This document shows, piece after piece, positions 9,858 to 19,134 of a DNA stretch of 32,000 bases. This stretch comes from Candidatus Saccharimonadota bacterium (GTDB taxonomy: Bacteria; Pseudomonadota; Gammaproteobacteria; Enterobacterales; Enterobacteriaceae), in contig NZ_OZ060402.1 in assembly GCF_964059045.1 (NCBI RefSeq), positions 390,001 to 422,000 on the forward strand, written 5' to 3'. The stretch's first letter is position 1; every line of letters starts with the position of its first letter. Below the pieces are notes generated by a model, which saw nothing but the letters and a program-made list of their open reading frames with translations, was not told the origin of the DNA and made no database searches. A program made the position numbers and the translations under genes.

Positions 9858-10286
9858 TTAAAAATTTAACAATTTTGGTTTTTGAGCAATATGATTATGG
9901 TCATTAGTAGCATATATTTTTAGTTTACTTAACATAATCCTACCTAAAGAATTTTTTGGTAACATTCCTTGCACTGCAATTTTAATCGTTCTTTCAGGAA
10001 ATTTTAAAATCATTTCCTGAAAAGTTATTTTTTTTATACCTCCTACATAACCTGTATGATGATAATAAAATTTATTGGTAGACTTTTTACCTGTGACTAA
10101 TACTTTATTTGCATTTAAAACTATTAAATAATCTCCGGTATCTATATGAGGAGTAAATTCTATTTTATGTTTACCACGTAATCTTCTTGCTAATTCTGTT
10201 GCTAATCGTCCTAAAATTTTTCCACTGGCATCAACATAATACCAAGATTGTTTTACATTATTTTGTTTTATAGAAAAAGTTTTCAT
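9858..10286 (-). CDS. rplM: 50S ribosomal protein L13
   Basis: [27 protein letters not shown]...[12 protein letters not shown] is present. The gene lies upstream of rpsI in the conserved rplM-rpsI operon. Confidence 0.96.
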   Translation of the reverse strand: MKTFSIKQNNVKQSWYYVDASGKILGRLATELARRLRGKHKIEFTPHIDTGDYLIVLNANKVLVTGKKSTNKFYYHHTGYVGGIKKITFQEMILKFPERTIKIAVQGMLPKNSLGRIMLSKLKIYATNDHNHIAQKPKLLNF

Positions 10287-10667
10287 TCTTTTTACCTAAT
10301 ATTGTATGAATAAATAAAAATAATTGTAAAAATAAATAATATTCATAAAATTAATTATAAAAAATTATAGTGTTGATATTATATAAAAATATTATCTTAT
10401 AATCATTAACAATAAATCTTCCATAATATATTAAATGAAACACTAAAAATTTCTACAAAAACTGTTTTTAAATAAGAAATTTTTATATAAATAATCAATT
10501 ATCATTTTTATTATTTTTATATATAATTTAATAATTATAAATATTTAATATTTTTTATAAAAAATATTTTTATATAATTAAATGTACAAAATTATTTATA
10601 AAACATAAAAATAAAACAGTATTTTTATGATACGATTAAAATTATAACATATTAATAGGTAATTATT

Positions 10668-11810
10668 ATGCAGTCTATTGATCCAATGCTAAAATTAAGA
10701 TCTAATATTAATAATATTGATGAAAAAATAATTAATTTAATTAAACAAAGAGAATCTATTTCCATTCAAATTGCAAAAATTAAACTAGATAAAAAAATAA
10801 AAATAAGAGACAAAACAAGAGAAAAAGAATTATTATTCAATATAATAAAATTAGCTACAGAAAAAAACATAAATACAGATTTTGTTAATAAAATATTTAA
10901 AATTATTATAAATTATTCTATATTTATACAAAAATTATTTTTTGAAAAAAACCATAAATTAAATAAAAATAAATTATTTTATCTTGGACCCAAAGGTTCA
11001 TATTCCTATATTGCTGCTCAAAAATATGAAAAAACATATTTTAAGCAATATGTAAAATACGCATGTATTAATTTTAAAAACATAATCAAAAAAACAGAAG
11101 AAAACAATAATAATTATGCTATTCTTCCAATGGAAAATACATCTTCAGGATTAATTAATGAAGTTTATGACGTATTAGAAAATACTAGTTTATATATTAT
11201 TAAAGAAATAGATCTTCCAATTCAACATTGTTTGCTAGCATTAAAAAACACTAATATTCAAAATATAAATACACTATTTACACATTATCAACCATTTTTA
11301 CAATGTAATAAATTTATTAAAAAATATCCAAATTGGAAAATAAAATACAAAAATAGTAGTACTGATGCTATGTATCATATTTTTAAACAACAAAATCATC
11401 AATTTGCTGCATTAGGACATGAAAAAAGTGGGAAAATATACAATTTACATGTAATAAAAAAAAATATTAGTAATCAAATTAATAATACTACAAAATTTAT
11501 TATTTTAAGTCATCATATGAAAGAAATAAAAAATCAAAATAACATGAAAACTATTTTATTAATTCATATTAAAAAAAATTCTGATAACATTCAAAAAATA
11601 TTATCAATTTTTCATAAAGAAAAAATAAAAATTACTAATTTTATATCTCGAACTAGTATTACTCAACCATTATTAAATACAATTTATATTACTTTTTTAA
11701 AAAATTGTGATTTAGTAGAAATTAAAAATATTTTAAAATATTTACATAATATAACAGAATCAATAAAAATATTAGGATATTACGACATTGAAAAAATAAA
11801 TCAACAATAA
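10668..11810 (+). CDS. pheA: Bifunctional chorismate mutase / prephenate dehydratase (P-protein)
   Basis: The ORF is 380 aa. The N-terminal CM domain (LKLRSNINNIDEKIINLIKQRESISIQIAKIK) is followed by the PDT domain (LGPKGSYSYIAAQKY...ILPMENTSSGLINEVYD...HCLLA...THYQPFLQCNKF) and a C-terminal ACT-like region. Confidence 0.92.
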   Translation: MQSIDPMLKLRSNINNIDEKIINLIKQRESISIQIAKIKLDKKIKIRDKTREKELLFNIIKLATEKNINTDFVNKIFKIIINYSIFIQKLFFEKNHKLNKNKLFYLGPKGSYSYIAAQKYEKTYFKQYVKYACINFKNIIKKTEENNNNYAILPMENTSSGLINEVYDVLENTSLYIIKEIDLPIQHCLLALKNTNIQNINTLFTHYQPFLQCNKFIKKYPNWKIKYKNSSTDAMYHIFKQQNHQFAALGHEKSGKIYNLHVIKKNISNQINNTTKFIILSHHMKEIKNQNNMKTILLIHIKKNSDNIQKILSIFHKEKIKITNFISRTSITQPLLNTIYITFLKNCDLVEIKNILKYLHNITESIKILGYYDIEKINQQ

Positions 11811-12029
11811 AAATCAATACTATTGAATCAATAAAAATAACTAAAAAAAAATATTTATTAATCAATAAATTATTAATAACATAATTAATGAAATTAATTT
11901 TTAATTAAGAATATCATTAAGTTAATTATATAAAAATATATTTTTATATATTAATATTATAAAAACTCATAAAAAACAGAAAAATCATATGTTATTGATG
12001 AAAATATTAAATTTATTAGGATAATGATT

Positions 12030-13373
12030 ATGTTTTCCAAATTAACTGAACGTTTATCTAAAACAATTAAAAATATATCTAATCAAGGAAGAATCACAGA
12101 AAAAAATATTAAAGATACATTAAGAGAAATTAGGAAGTCATTATTAGAAGCAGATGTTGCCTTATCAGTTATTCAAAATTTTATTCATTCTGTTAAAAAT
12201 AAATTTATTGGATATAACATCAATAATAGTTTAACACCGGGTCAAGAATTTTTAAAAATTATTAAAAAAGAATTGATTATTATTATGGGTCAAAAAAACA
12301 ATGAAATAAATTTAGCCATTACACCTCCAGCTGTTATTCTAGTAATAGGTTTACAAGGAGTAGGGAAAACAACCACAGTAGCTAAATTAGGAAAATTTAT
12401 TAAAGAAACAAACAAAAAAAAAATATTAATTACATCTGCAGATATATATCGATTTGCAGCTATCAAACAACTAGAGATATTATCTAAACAAATTAATATT
12501 GATTTTTTCCCTATCAATAAAGAAGAAAAACCAATAGAAATTTCTAAAAAAGCTTTAAAATATGCTCAATTAAAAATGTATGATGCATTAATAATTGATA
12601 CTGCAGGTCGATTACACGTTGATGTTGATATGATGAATGAAATAAAAACCATACATAAAATAATTAATCCAATTGAAACACTTTTTATTATAGATTCTAT
12701 GATCGGACAAGATTCAATTAATATCATCAATACTTTTAATAACATTATCAATATAACTGGTGTTATTTTAACAAAAACTGATGGAGATGCCAGAGGTGGA
12801 GTTGCATTATCCATTCGTTATTTAACAAACATACCTATTAAATTTATTGGAACTGGAGAACAATTAAATGATTTAAAATTATTTGATCCAGAAAAAATAG
12901 CATCTAGAATTTTAGGAATGGATGATATGTTATCAGTGATTAAAGAAATTGAAAATACAGTAGATAAATACAAAATAATAAAAATGACTAAAAATATTAA
13001 AAAAAATAATAATTTTAATTTAAATGATTTTTTAATACATATCAATAAAATAACAAAAATGGGAAATATTACAAATCTTATACAAAAATTACCTCATAAT
13101 GCAATAATTACAAAAAATTTTAAATCTTATTTTGATAAAAAAATGTTAATTAAAATAGAAGCTATTATAAATTCTATGACACCTAAAGAAAGAAACTCAC
13201 CGGAAATAATTAAAGGATCTAGAAAAAAACGTATTGCAAAAGGTTCAGCAACTCAAGTACATGAAATTAATATACTATTAAAAAATTTTGAAGAAATCAA
13301 AAAAACAGTTAAAAAAATTAAAAACAAAGGAATTGGCAATATACTAAAAAATATAAAAAACAGTATTTTATAA
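12030..13373 (+). CDS. ffh: Signal recognition particle protein Ffh
   Basis: The ATG at 12030 gives MFSKLTERLSKTIKNISNQGRITEKNIKDTLREIRKSLLEADVAL (E. coli MFDNLTDRLSRTLRNISGRGRLTEDNVKDTLREVRMALLEADVAL). An AGGA lies 8 nt upstream. GTPase motifs are GLQGVGKTT, DTAGR and TKTDGDARGG. The track start at 12024 would add 2 residues. Confidence 0.94.
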   Translation: MFSKLTERLSKTIKNISNQGRITEKNIKDTLREIRKSLLEADVALSVIQNFIHSVKNKFIGYNINNSLTPGQEFLKIIKKELIIIMGQKNNEINLAITPPAVILVIGLQGVGKTTTVAKLGKFIKETNKKKILITSADIYRFAAIKQLEILSKQINIDFFPINKEEKPIEISKKALKYAQLKMYDALIIDTAGRLHVDVDMMNEIKTIHKIINPIETLFIIDSMIGQDSINIINTFNNIINITGVILTKTDGDARGGVALSIRYLTNIPIKFIGTGEQLNDLKLFDPEKIASRILGMDDMLSVIKEIENTVDKYKIIKMTKNIKKNNNFNLNDFLIHINKITKMGNITNLIQKLPHNAIITKNFKSYFDKKMLIKIEAIINSMTPKERNSPEIIKGSRKKRIAKGSATQVHEINILLKNFEEIKKTVKKIKNKGIGNILKNIKNSIL

Positions 13374-13489
13374 TAACAATTATTTTTTAATAAATATTAA
13401 TAATTAGTATTTTAAAATAATTTTAGATGCATATTATTGCTAAAATCTAGTATAATAAAAATTATTTAAACATATATAGAGAAAAAATT

Positions 13490-13741
13490 ATGGTAAAAAT
13501 TCGTTTAGCTAGACATGGTGTAAAAAAAAGACCTTTTTATAAAATTATTATTGCTGATAGTCGTTTCCCTATTAATGGCAGGTTTATTGAAAAAATTGGA
13601 TTTTTTAATCCTATAGCTTCAGGAAAAGCAGAAAAATTATTTATAAAAATAGATCGATTAAAATATTGGCAACAACAAGGAGCTCAATTATCTAAAAAGA
13701 TTAATTTTTTAATTAAAAAACAAACGAAAAATAAATTATAA
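13490..13741 (+). CDS. rpsP: 30S ribosomal protein S16
   Basis: [25 protein letters not shown]...[12 protein letters not shown] is present. Confidence 0.96.
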   Translation: MVKIRLARHGVKKRPFYKIIIADSRFPINGRFIEKIGFFNPIASGKAEKLFIKIDRLKYWQQQGAQLSKKINFLIKKQTKNKL

Positions 13742-13742
13742 A

Positions 13743-14252
13743 ATGTATCATTTTATAAAAATAGGAAAAATTATTGCTCCATATGGTATTTTAGGTTGGA
13801 TAAAAATTTTTTCTTTTACAGAAAAACCTGAAAAAATATTCAATTATATTCCATGGTTAATTACTAATCAAAAAAAATCTAAAATAATTAAACCATTATT
13901 TTGGAAAAAACAAAAAAAAATATTATTAATTAAAATTAAAAATATTAACGATCGTGAAATAGCTCAAAAATTAAATAATTATTCAATTCTGGTTCATGAA
14001 GAACAATTACCAAAATTACCTGAACATGAATATTATTGGAAAGATATTATTAATTGTCATATTATTAATTTTAACAATAATATAGGAATAGTTACAAATA
14101 TAATAAATACTGGTTCTAATGATATTCTTATTATAAAAAACAATAATTTAAATCAAAAAATAATATTAATCCCATTTATTATGCATCAAGTAATTAAAAA
14201 TATTAATTTAATTCATAAGGTTATTACAGTAGAATGGACAATAAAATCTTAA
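13743..14252 (+). CDS. rimM: Ribosome maturation factor RimM
   Basis: IGKIIAPYGILGWIKIFSFTE...YYWKDIINC...TGSNDILIIK is present. The gene sits in the conserved rpsP-rimM-trmD-rplS operon, and its ATG follows the rpsP stop by 1 nt. Confidence 0.9.
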   Translation: MYHFIKIGKIIAPYGILGWIKIFSFTEKPEKIFNYIPWLITNQKKSKIIKPLFWKKQKKILLIKIKNINDREIAQKLNNYSILVHEEQLPKLPEHEYYWKDIINCHIINFNNNIGIVTNIINTGSNDILIIKNNNLNQKIILIPFIMHQVIKNINLIHKVITVEWTIKS

Positions 14253-14971
14253 ATAATCAACAATCCACTTCTGTAATATGGATTGATATTATTAGTATTT
14301 TTCCAGAAATGTTTCAAATTCTAACAAATTATGGCATTATCGCTAAAGCAATCAAAAATAACATTTTAAAAATAAAATGCTGGAACCCAAGAAATTATAC
14401 ATCAAAAAAACGTAAAAATATAGACAATAAACCATATGGTGGTGGACCTGGAATGATTATGTCAGCTATACCCTTGATTCAAACTATTAGACATATCAAA
14501 TCTATAAAAAAAAAAGGTATTACTAAAACAATTTATTTATCACCACAAGGAAAATTATTAAATCAAAAAATAATTTGTTCATTTTCTAAATTTTCTCAAA
14601 TAATTCTCATATGTGGAAGATATAAAGGAATTGATGAAAGAATTATAGAAATGGAAGTAGATGAAGAATATTCTATAGGTGATTATATAATTAGTGGTGG
14701 AGAACTCGCTGCAATGGTATTTATTGATTCTTTAATTCGTATTCAACCAGGTGTTTTGCAAGATGAAAAATCATTTCAATCAGACTCATTTTATAATAAT
14801 CTACTTGATTGTCCTTATTATACTAGACCAATAAACATAGAAGGAAAATGTGTTCCAACAATTTTATTATCTGGAAATCATGAAAAAATAAAAAAATGGA
14901 GAAAAATAGAATCACTAAAAAGAACTTTGCATAGACGTCCAGAACTATTAAAAAAAAATGAAAATCAATAA
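14234..14971 (+). CDS. trmD: tRNA (guanine37-N1)-methyltransferase TrmD
   Basis: IDIISIFPEMF...YGGGPGMIM...ICGRYKGIDERI...SIGDYIISGGELAAMVFIDS...LLDCPYYTRP...SGNHEKIKKWR is present. The start is uncertain. The canonical position carries ATA (14276), so the only in-frame ATG is at 14234, which overlaps rimM by 19 nt. Confidence 0.9.
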   Translation: MDNKILNNQQSTSVIWIDIISIFPEMFQILTNYGIIAKAIKNNILKIKCWNPRNYTSKKRKNIDNKPYGGGPGMIMSAIPLIQTIRHIKSIKKKGITKTIYLSPQGKLLNQKIICSFSKFSQIILICGRYKGIDERIIEMEVDEEYSIGDYIISGGELAAMVFIDSLIRIQPGVLQDEKSFQSDSFYNNLLDCPYYTRPINIEGKCVPTILLSGNHEKIKKWRKIESLKRTLHRRPELLKKNENQ

Positions 14972-15064
14972 TAAAAATTTGATTAAAAAATTCAAAAAAA
15001 GTAAAAATATAAATAATATAAACAATAAAAATTTATATTTATGTTAATTTTTATAGGATAAGCA

Positions 15065-15412
15065 ATGAATAATATTATTCAAATCATTGAAAAAGAACAA
15101 ATGACTAAAATCATACCAAAATTTAGATCTGGTGATACTATTGAAGTCAAAGTATGGGTTGTAGAAGGTTCTAAAAAACGTCTGCAATCTTTCGAAGGAA
15201 TAGTAATTGCAATAAGAAATCGTCAATTAAATTCAGCATTTTGTGTTAGAAAAATATCTAATGGAGAAGGAATAGAAAGAGTTTTTCAAACTTATTCTCC
15301 TATAATTGATTCAGTTATTCTAAAAAGAAAAGGAGATGTACGACAAGCTAAATTATATTATTTAAGAAATCGAAAAGGAAAATCAGCAAGAATAAAAGAA
15401 AAAATCAATTAA
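15065..15412 (+). CDS. rplS: 50S ribosomal protein L19
   Basis: [34 protein letters not shown]...[18 protein letters not shown] is present. Confidence 0.96.
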   Translation: MNNIIQIIEKEQMTKIIPKFRSGDTIEVKVWVVEGSKKRLQSFEGIVIAIRNRQLNSAFCVRKISNGEGIERVFQTYSPIIDSVILKRKGDVRQAKLYYLRNRKGKSARIKEKIN

Positions 15413-15449
15413 AAATAAAAATCTTATTTTTATAAAATATAAATATCAT

Positions 15450-15475
15450 GCAGTCAGCTTGCTATGCTAGACTGC
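15450..15475. terminator. GC-containing hairpin between the convergent genes rplS and tldD; candidate bidirectional terminator
   Basis: GCAGTCAGC (15450-15458), loop TTGCTAT, then GCTAGACTGC (15466-15475). This gives 9 bp with one bulged A. The flanks are A-rich on one side and T-rich on the other, and it is the only GC-rich patch in the spacer. Confidence 0.55.
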
Positions 15476-15546
15476 AAAAATAACAAACTTTATAAAAATA
15501 TGCATCTAAAAACAATACCAATTAAAAATTTTTGATATTTTATATT

Positions 15547-16995
15547 TTATCCAGAACCACCAATAGTTAATTTATCAACTTTAATAGTTGGTTGACCAAT
15601 TCCAACAGGTATACTCTGACCATCTTTAATACATATACCTACACCAGTATCCATTTTTAAATCATTACCTACCATAGAAATCATATTCATAACATCTATT
15701 CCTGATCCAATTAAAGTAGCTCCTTTTACTGGTACAGTAATTTTTCCGTTTTTTACAATATAAGCTTCAGAAGTAGAAAAAACAAAATTACCAGAAGTAA
15801 TATCTACTTGACCACCAGAAAAATTTGATGCATATAAACCATAATCAACACTATTTAAAATATCATCAGGATTAGATTTTCCAGACAATAAATATGTATT
15901 CGTCATTCTTGGCATTGGTAAATGAGAATATGATTCTCTTCTTGCATTTCCAGTCGAAACTGTATGCATTAATTTAGCATTAAATTTATCTTGTAAATAA
16001 CTTGTTAAAATTCCATCTTTTATTAAAATATTATATTGAGTAGGTACTCCTTCATCATCAATATTTAAAGAACCACGTCTATTATTGATAGTTCCATCAT
16101 CAACCACAGTACATAAATGTGATGCTACTTTTTGACCTATTTTATTACTAAAAACAGATGTTTGACGACGATTAAAATCACCTTCTAAACCATGACCAAC
16201 CGCTTCATGTAATAATACTCCAGGCCAACCATTACCCAATACAACAGGATACATTCCTGACGGAGCAGATACAGCAGATAAATTTAATATTGCTATTCTC
16301 ACAGCTTCTTTAGTTAAATGTTCTAACCATATTTCTCCTATTTCATTTTTTTCAAAATAAAAGTTATAATCATTACGTCCTCCTCCACCACTATAACCTC
16401 GCTCTCTATTATTATTGGATTCTACTAAGACACTAATTGATAGATGAACTAAGGGTCTAATATCAGCTGCTAAATTACCATCTGTTGAAGTTACTAAAAT
16501 CTGTTCATATATACCAGTTAAACTAGCATTAAGTTTTATTATTCTATTGTCAATTTTTTTTGCAATATTATTAATTCTATATAAAAGATCTATTTTTTCT
16601 TTATTAGTAAATGTTAATAAAGGATTATTAATTTTATATAAATTAGGCGTATTACAAAATTTTAATTGATTAATTTTAGTAGATTGATTGCTATTAATAA
16701 TTTTTTTTGCGATTTGTACATTTTGTTGTAATGTTTCTAATGTAATTTTATTAGAATATGAAAAACCAGTGCTCGTATTATGAATAACCCTAACACCCAC
16801 ACCTTGATCAAAATGATAATGAGAATTTTTTATTATTCCATCTTCTAAGGACCAATTTTCATAATATTGAGATTGAAAATATAATTCCCCATAATCTAGT
16901 TTACGATTAGATAAATCAGTTAAAAGAAATAACAAATCTTCATAATCAAGATTATTCATAGTTAATAATTGATCTGTCACCGAGCTCAGTATCAT
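15547..16995 (-). CDS. tldD: Metalloprotease TldD
   Basis: The ORF is 482 aa. [11 protein letters not shown]..., the [11 protein letters not shown] metal site, PRMTNTYL, and the C-terminal [14 protein letters not shown] are colinear with E. coli TldD. Confidence 0.94.
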   Translation of the reverse strand: MILSSVTDQLLTMNNLDYEDLLFLLTDLSNRKLDYGELYFQSQYYENWSLEDGIIKNSHYHFDQGVGVRVIHNTSTGFSYSNKITLETLQQNVQIAKKIINSNQSTKINQLKFCNTPNLYKINNPLLTFTNKEKIDLLYRINNIAKKIDNRIIKLNASLTGIYEQILVTSTDGNLAADIRPLVHLSISVLVESNNNRERGYSGGGGRNDYNFYFEKNEIGEIWLEHLTKEAVRIAILNLSAVSAPSGMYPVVLGNGWPGVLLHEAVGHGLEGDFNRRQTSVFSNKIGQKVASHLCTVVDDGTINNRRGSLNIDDEGVPTQYNILIKDGILTSYLQDKFNAKLMHTVSTGNARRESYSHLPMPRMTNTYLLSGKSNPDDILNSVDYGLYASNFSGGQVDITSGNFVFSTSEAYIVKNGKITVPVKGATLIGSGIDVMNMISMVGNDLKMDTGVGICIKDGQSIPVGIGQPTIKVDKLTIGGSG

Positions 16996-17229
16996 ATAAA
17001 CTCACTTATTTATAATAGTTTTTAATTATAAAAATACATAAATATTTTAAAAAATAAAATTAAATATATTAAATATATAATTAATGTATAAAAATAAAAA
17101 TTTTTATTAAAAAATAAATTTTATATTGAATTTTAAATGATTATATATATAATTAATAGATAGATATTTATATTTCATTATTATTTTTAATATTTATTTT
17201 TTTTAATAAAATATTTTAAGTCAAAACTT

Positions 17230-17682
17230 ATGAAAAATATGTTTAATATATTAGTATTAAATGGACCTAATATTAACCTTTTAGGTAATCGAGAGCCACA
17301 GATTTATGGTACAACCACAATAGAAAAATTAGTAACAGAATTACATGAAAAAGCAGTTAAACTAAATATTAATTTATCACATTTTCAATCTAACGCAGAA
17401 CATGAATTAATCAATAAAATACATCAATCTCAAAATAAATTTCATTATATTGTTATCAATCCTGCTGCTTTTACACATACTAGTATTGCTTTAAGAGATA
17501 GTTTATTAGCTATTAATATTCCTTTTATTGAAGTACATATTTCTAATATTTATGCTAGAGAAAAATTTCGTGCCTTATCTTGGTTCTCAGACATTTCTCA
17601 AGGAATAATATCTGGATGTGGTGTAAAAGGATATTTTTGGGCATTGGAAATTGCTTCTTATCGTCTAAAAAATAAACACTAA
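17230..17682 (+). CDS. aroQ: 3-dehydroquinate dehydratase, type II
   Basis: [21 protein letters not shown]...[10 protein letters not shown]...[15 protein letters not shown]...[17 protein letters not shown] is present. Confidence 0.95.
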   Translation: MKNMFNILVLNGPNINLLGNREPQIYGTTTIEKLVTELHEKAVKLNINLSHFQSNAEHELINKIHQSQNKFHYIVINPAAFTHTSIALRDSLLAINIPFIEVHISNIYAREKFRALSWFSDISQGIISGCGVKGYFWALEIASYRLKNKH

Positions 17683-17741
17683 TCATTACATAAATAAAAA
17701 ATTAAAAATATTATATATATATAAAATTATCATAATTATTT

Positions 17742-18692
17742 TTAATAACTCGACAAAATATGCAATAATTTTTTCATATCTTGAGGAATATCAATTTCCC
17801 ATAACATAATTTTTTTAGTAATAGGATGTAAAAAACTTAATTTTGTTGAATGTAATGCTTGTCTAGGAAATTTTTTAATAATATTAAAAATATTTCTAGA
17901 CAATCCATTAAGATAAATATTTTTTTTATAATATAATTTATCACCAACAATTGGATGATTAATAAAAGACATATGAACACGAATTTGATGTGTTCGACCA
18001 GTTTCTGGTATAATACGTAGATAAGTATGAAATTTAAATTTATTAATAATTCGATAATTTGTAATGGATTTTTTACCTAAAATATTTGTAGTCATTTTTT
18101 TTCTTTTTACTGAATGACGCATAATTGGTTCATCAATTTTTCCACCAGATATCATAGAACCAAACACAATAGTTTTGTATTCGCGAAACATTTTTCTAGC
18201 TAAAATTAATTCTTTTAATTGATTATATGCTAATAAAGTTTTGGCAACGACCATTAATCCTGTTGTATCTTTATCTAAACGATGTACTATTCCTGATCGT
18301 GGTAAATATTTAATATTATTATTTAAAAATAATAAAGCATTTAATAAAGTACCATCTAAATGACCAGGAGATGGATGTACCACTAAATTATCATATTTAT
18401 TCACAACAAAAATATATTCATCTTCATAAACAATATCAATAGGAATGTTTTCTGGTTGTAATAAATCAGTTTTTTGAATTTTTGCAATAATTAAAATTGT
18501 TTCACCACCAAAAAATTTTTTATCTGGTTGATTGACAATTTTTTGATTAACTAAAACTTGATTATTAAGAATCCATTTTTTTAAAGTTTCACGAGAGTAA
18601 TCATTAAATAATTCTACTAATATATGGTCTAACCGTTTCTTTAATCCATTTTTATAAGGTATTTGTGCAAATAATTCTATTTTTTTGTCCAT
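17742..18692 (-). CDS. rluD: 23S rRNA pseudouridine synthase RluD
   Basis: It has an S4-like N-terminus (RLDHILVELFNDYSRETLKKWI), the catalytic HRLDKDTTGLMVVAK motif, and ETGRTHQIRVHM. Confidence 0.94.
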   Translation of the reverse strand: MDKKIELFAQIPYKNGLKKRLDHILVELFNDYSRETLKKWILNNQVLVNQKIVNQPDKKFFGGETILIIAKIQKTDLLQPENIPIDIVYEDEYIFVVNKYDNLVVHPSPGHLDGTLLNALLFLNNNIKYLPRSGIVHRLDKDTTGLMVVAKTLLAYNQLKELILARKMFREYKTIVFGSMISGGKIDEPIMRHSVKRKKMTTNILGKKSITNYRIINKFKFHTYLRIIPETGRTHQIRVHMSFINHPIVGDKLYYKKNIYLNGLSRNIFNIIKKFPRQALHSTKLSFLHPITKKIMLWEIDIPQDMKKLLHILSSY

Positions 18693-19134
18693 AATAAAAT
18701 TATAATTTAATAATTGATATTAATTATAATATATAAATATATGAAAAATAAATATAGAATTGATAAATATATTAATTTATTTATATAAAAACATTATTAT
18801 TTTAAATTTTTTTTATATAAATAAATTATTTTAATATAATAACCAATCTTCAATTATACATGCATAATATTATTACATAAAAAATAATTATGTATGTATT
18901 TTTAATTAATAATATTTCAAATAAAGTTTAAAAAATATTCTAAAATTGAAATTATATAAAACTAATAATTGAAAAAAATAAAAATGATTGTTACTAATAA
19001 TTAATATATTAAAATATTTTTAAAAATATAATTTTTATGTATTAATCAATATATATTAAGATAAATAATTCAATCATTAGAATAATAATGAAATAAATTA
19101 AAATAACTAAAATATATCTAAAAATAAAATTAAA

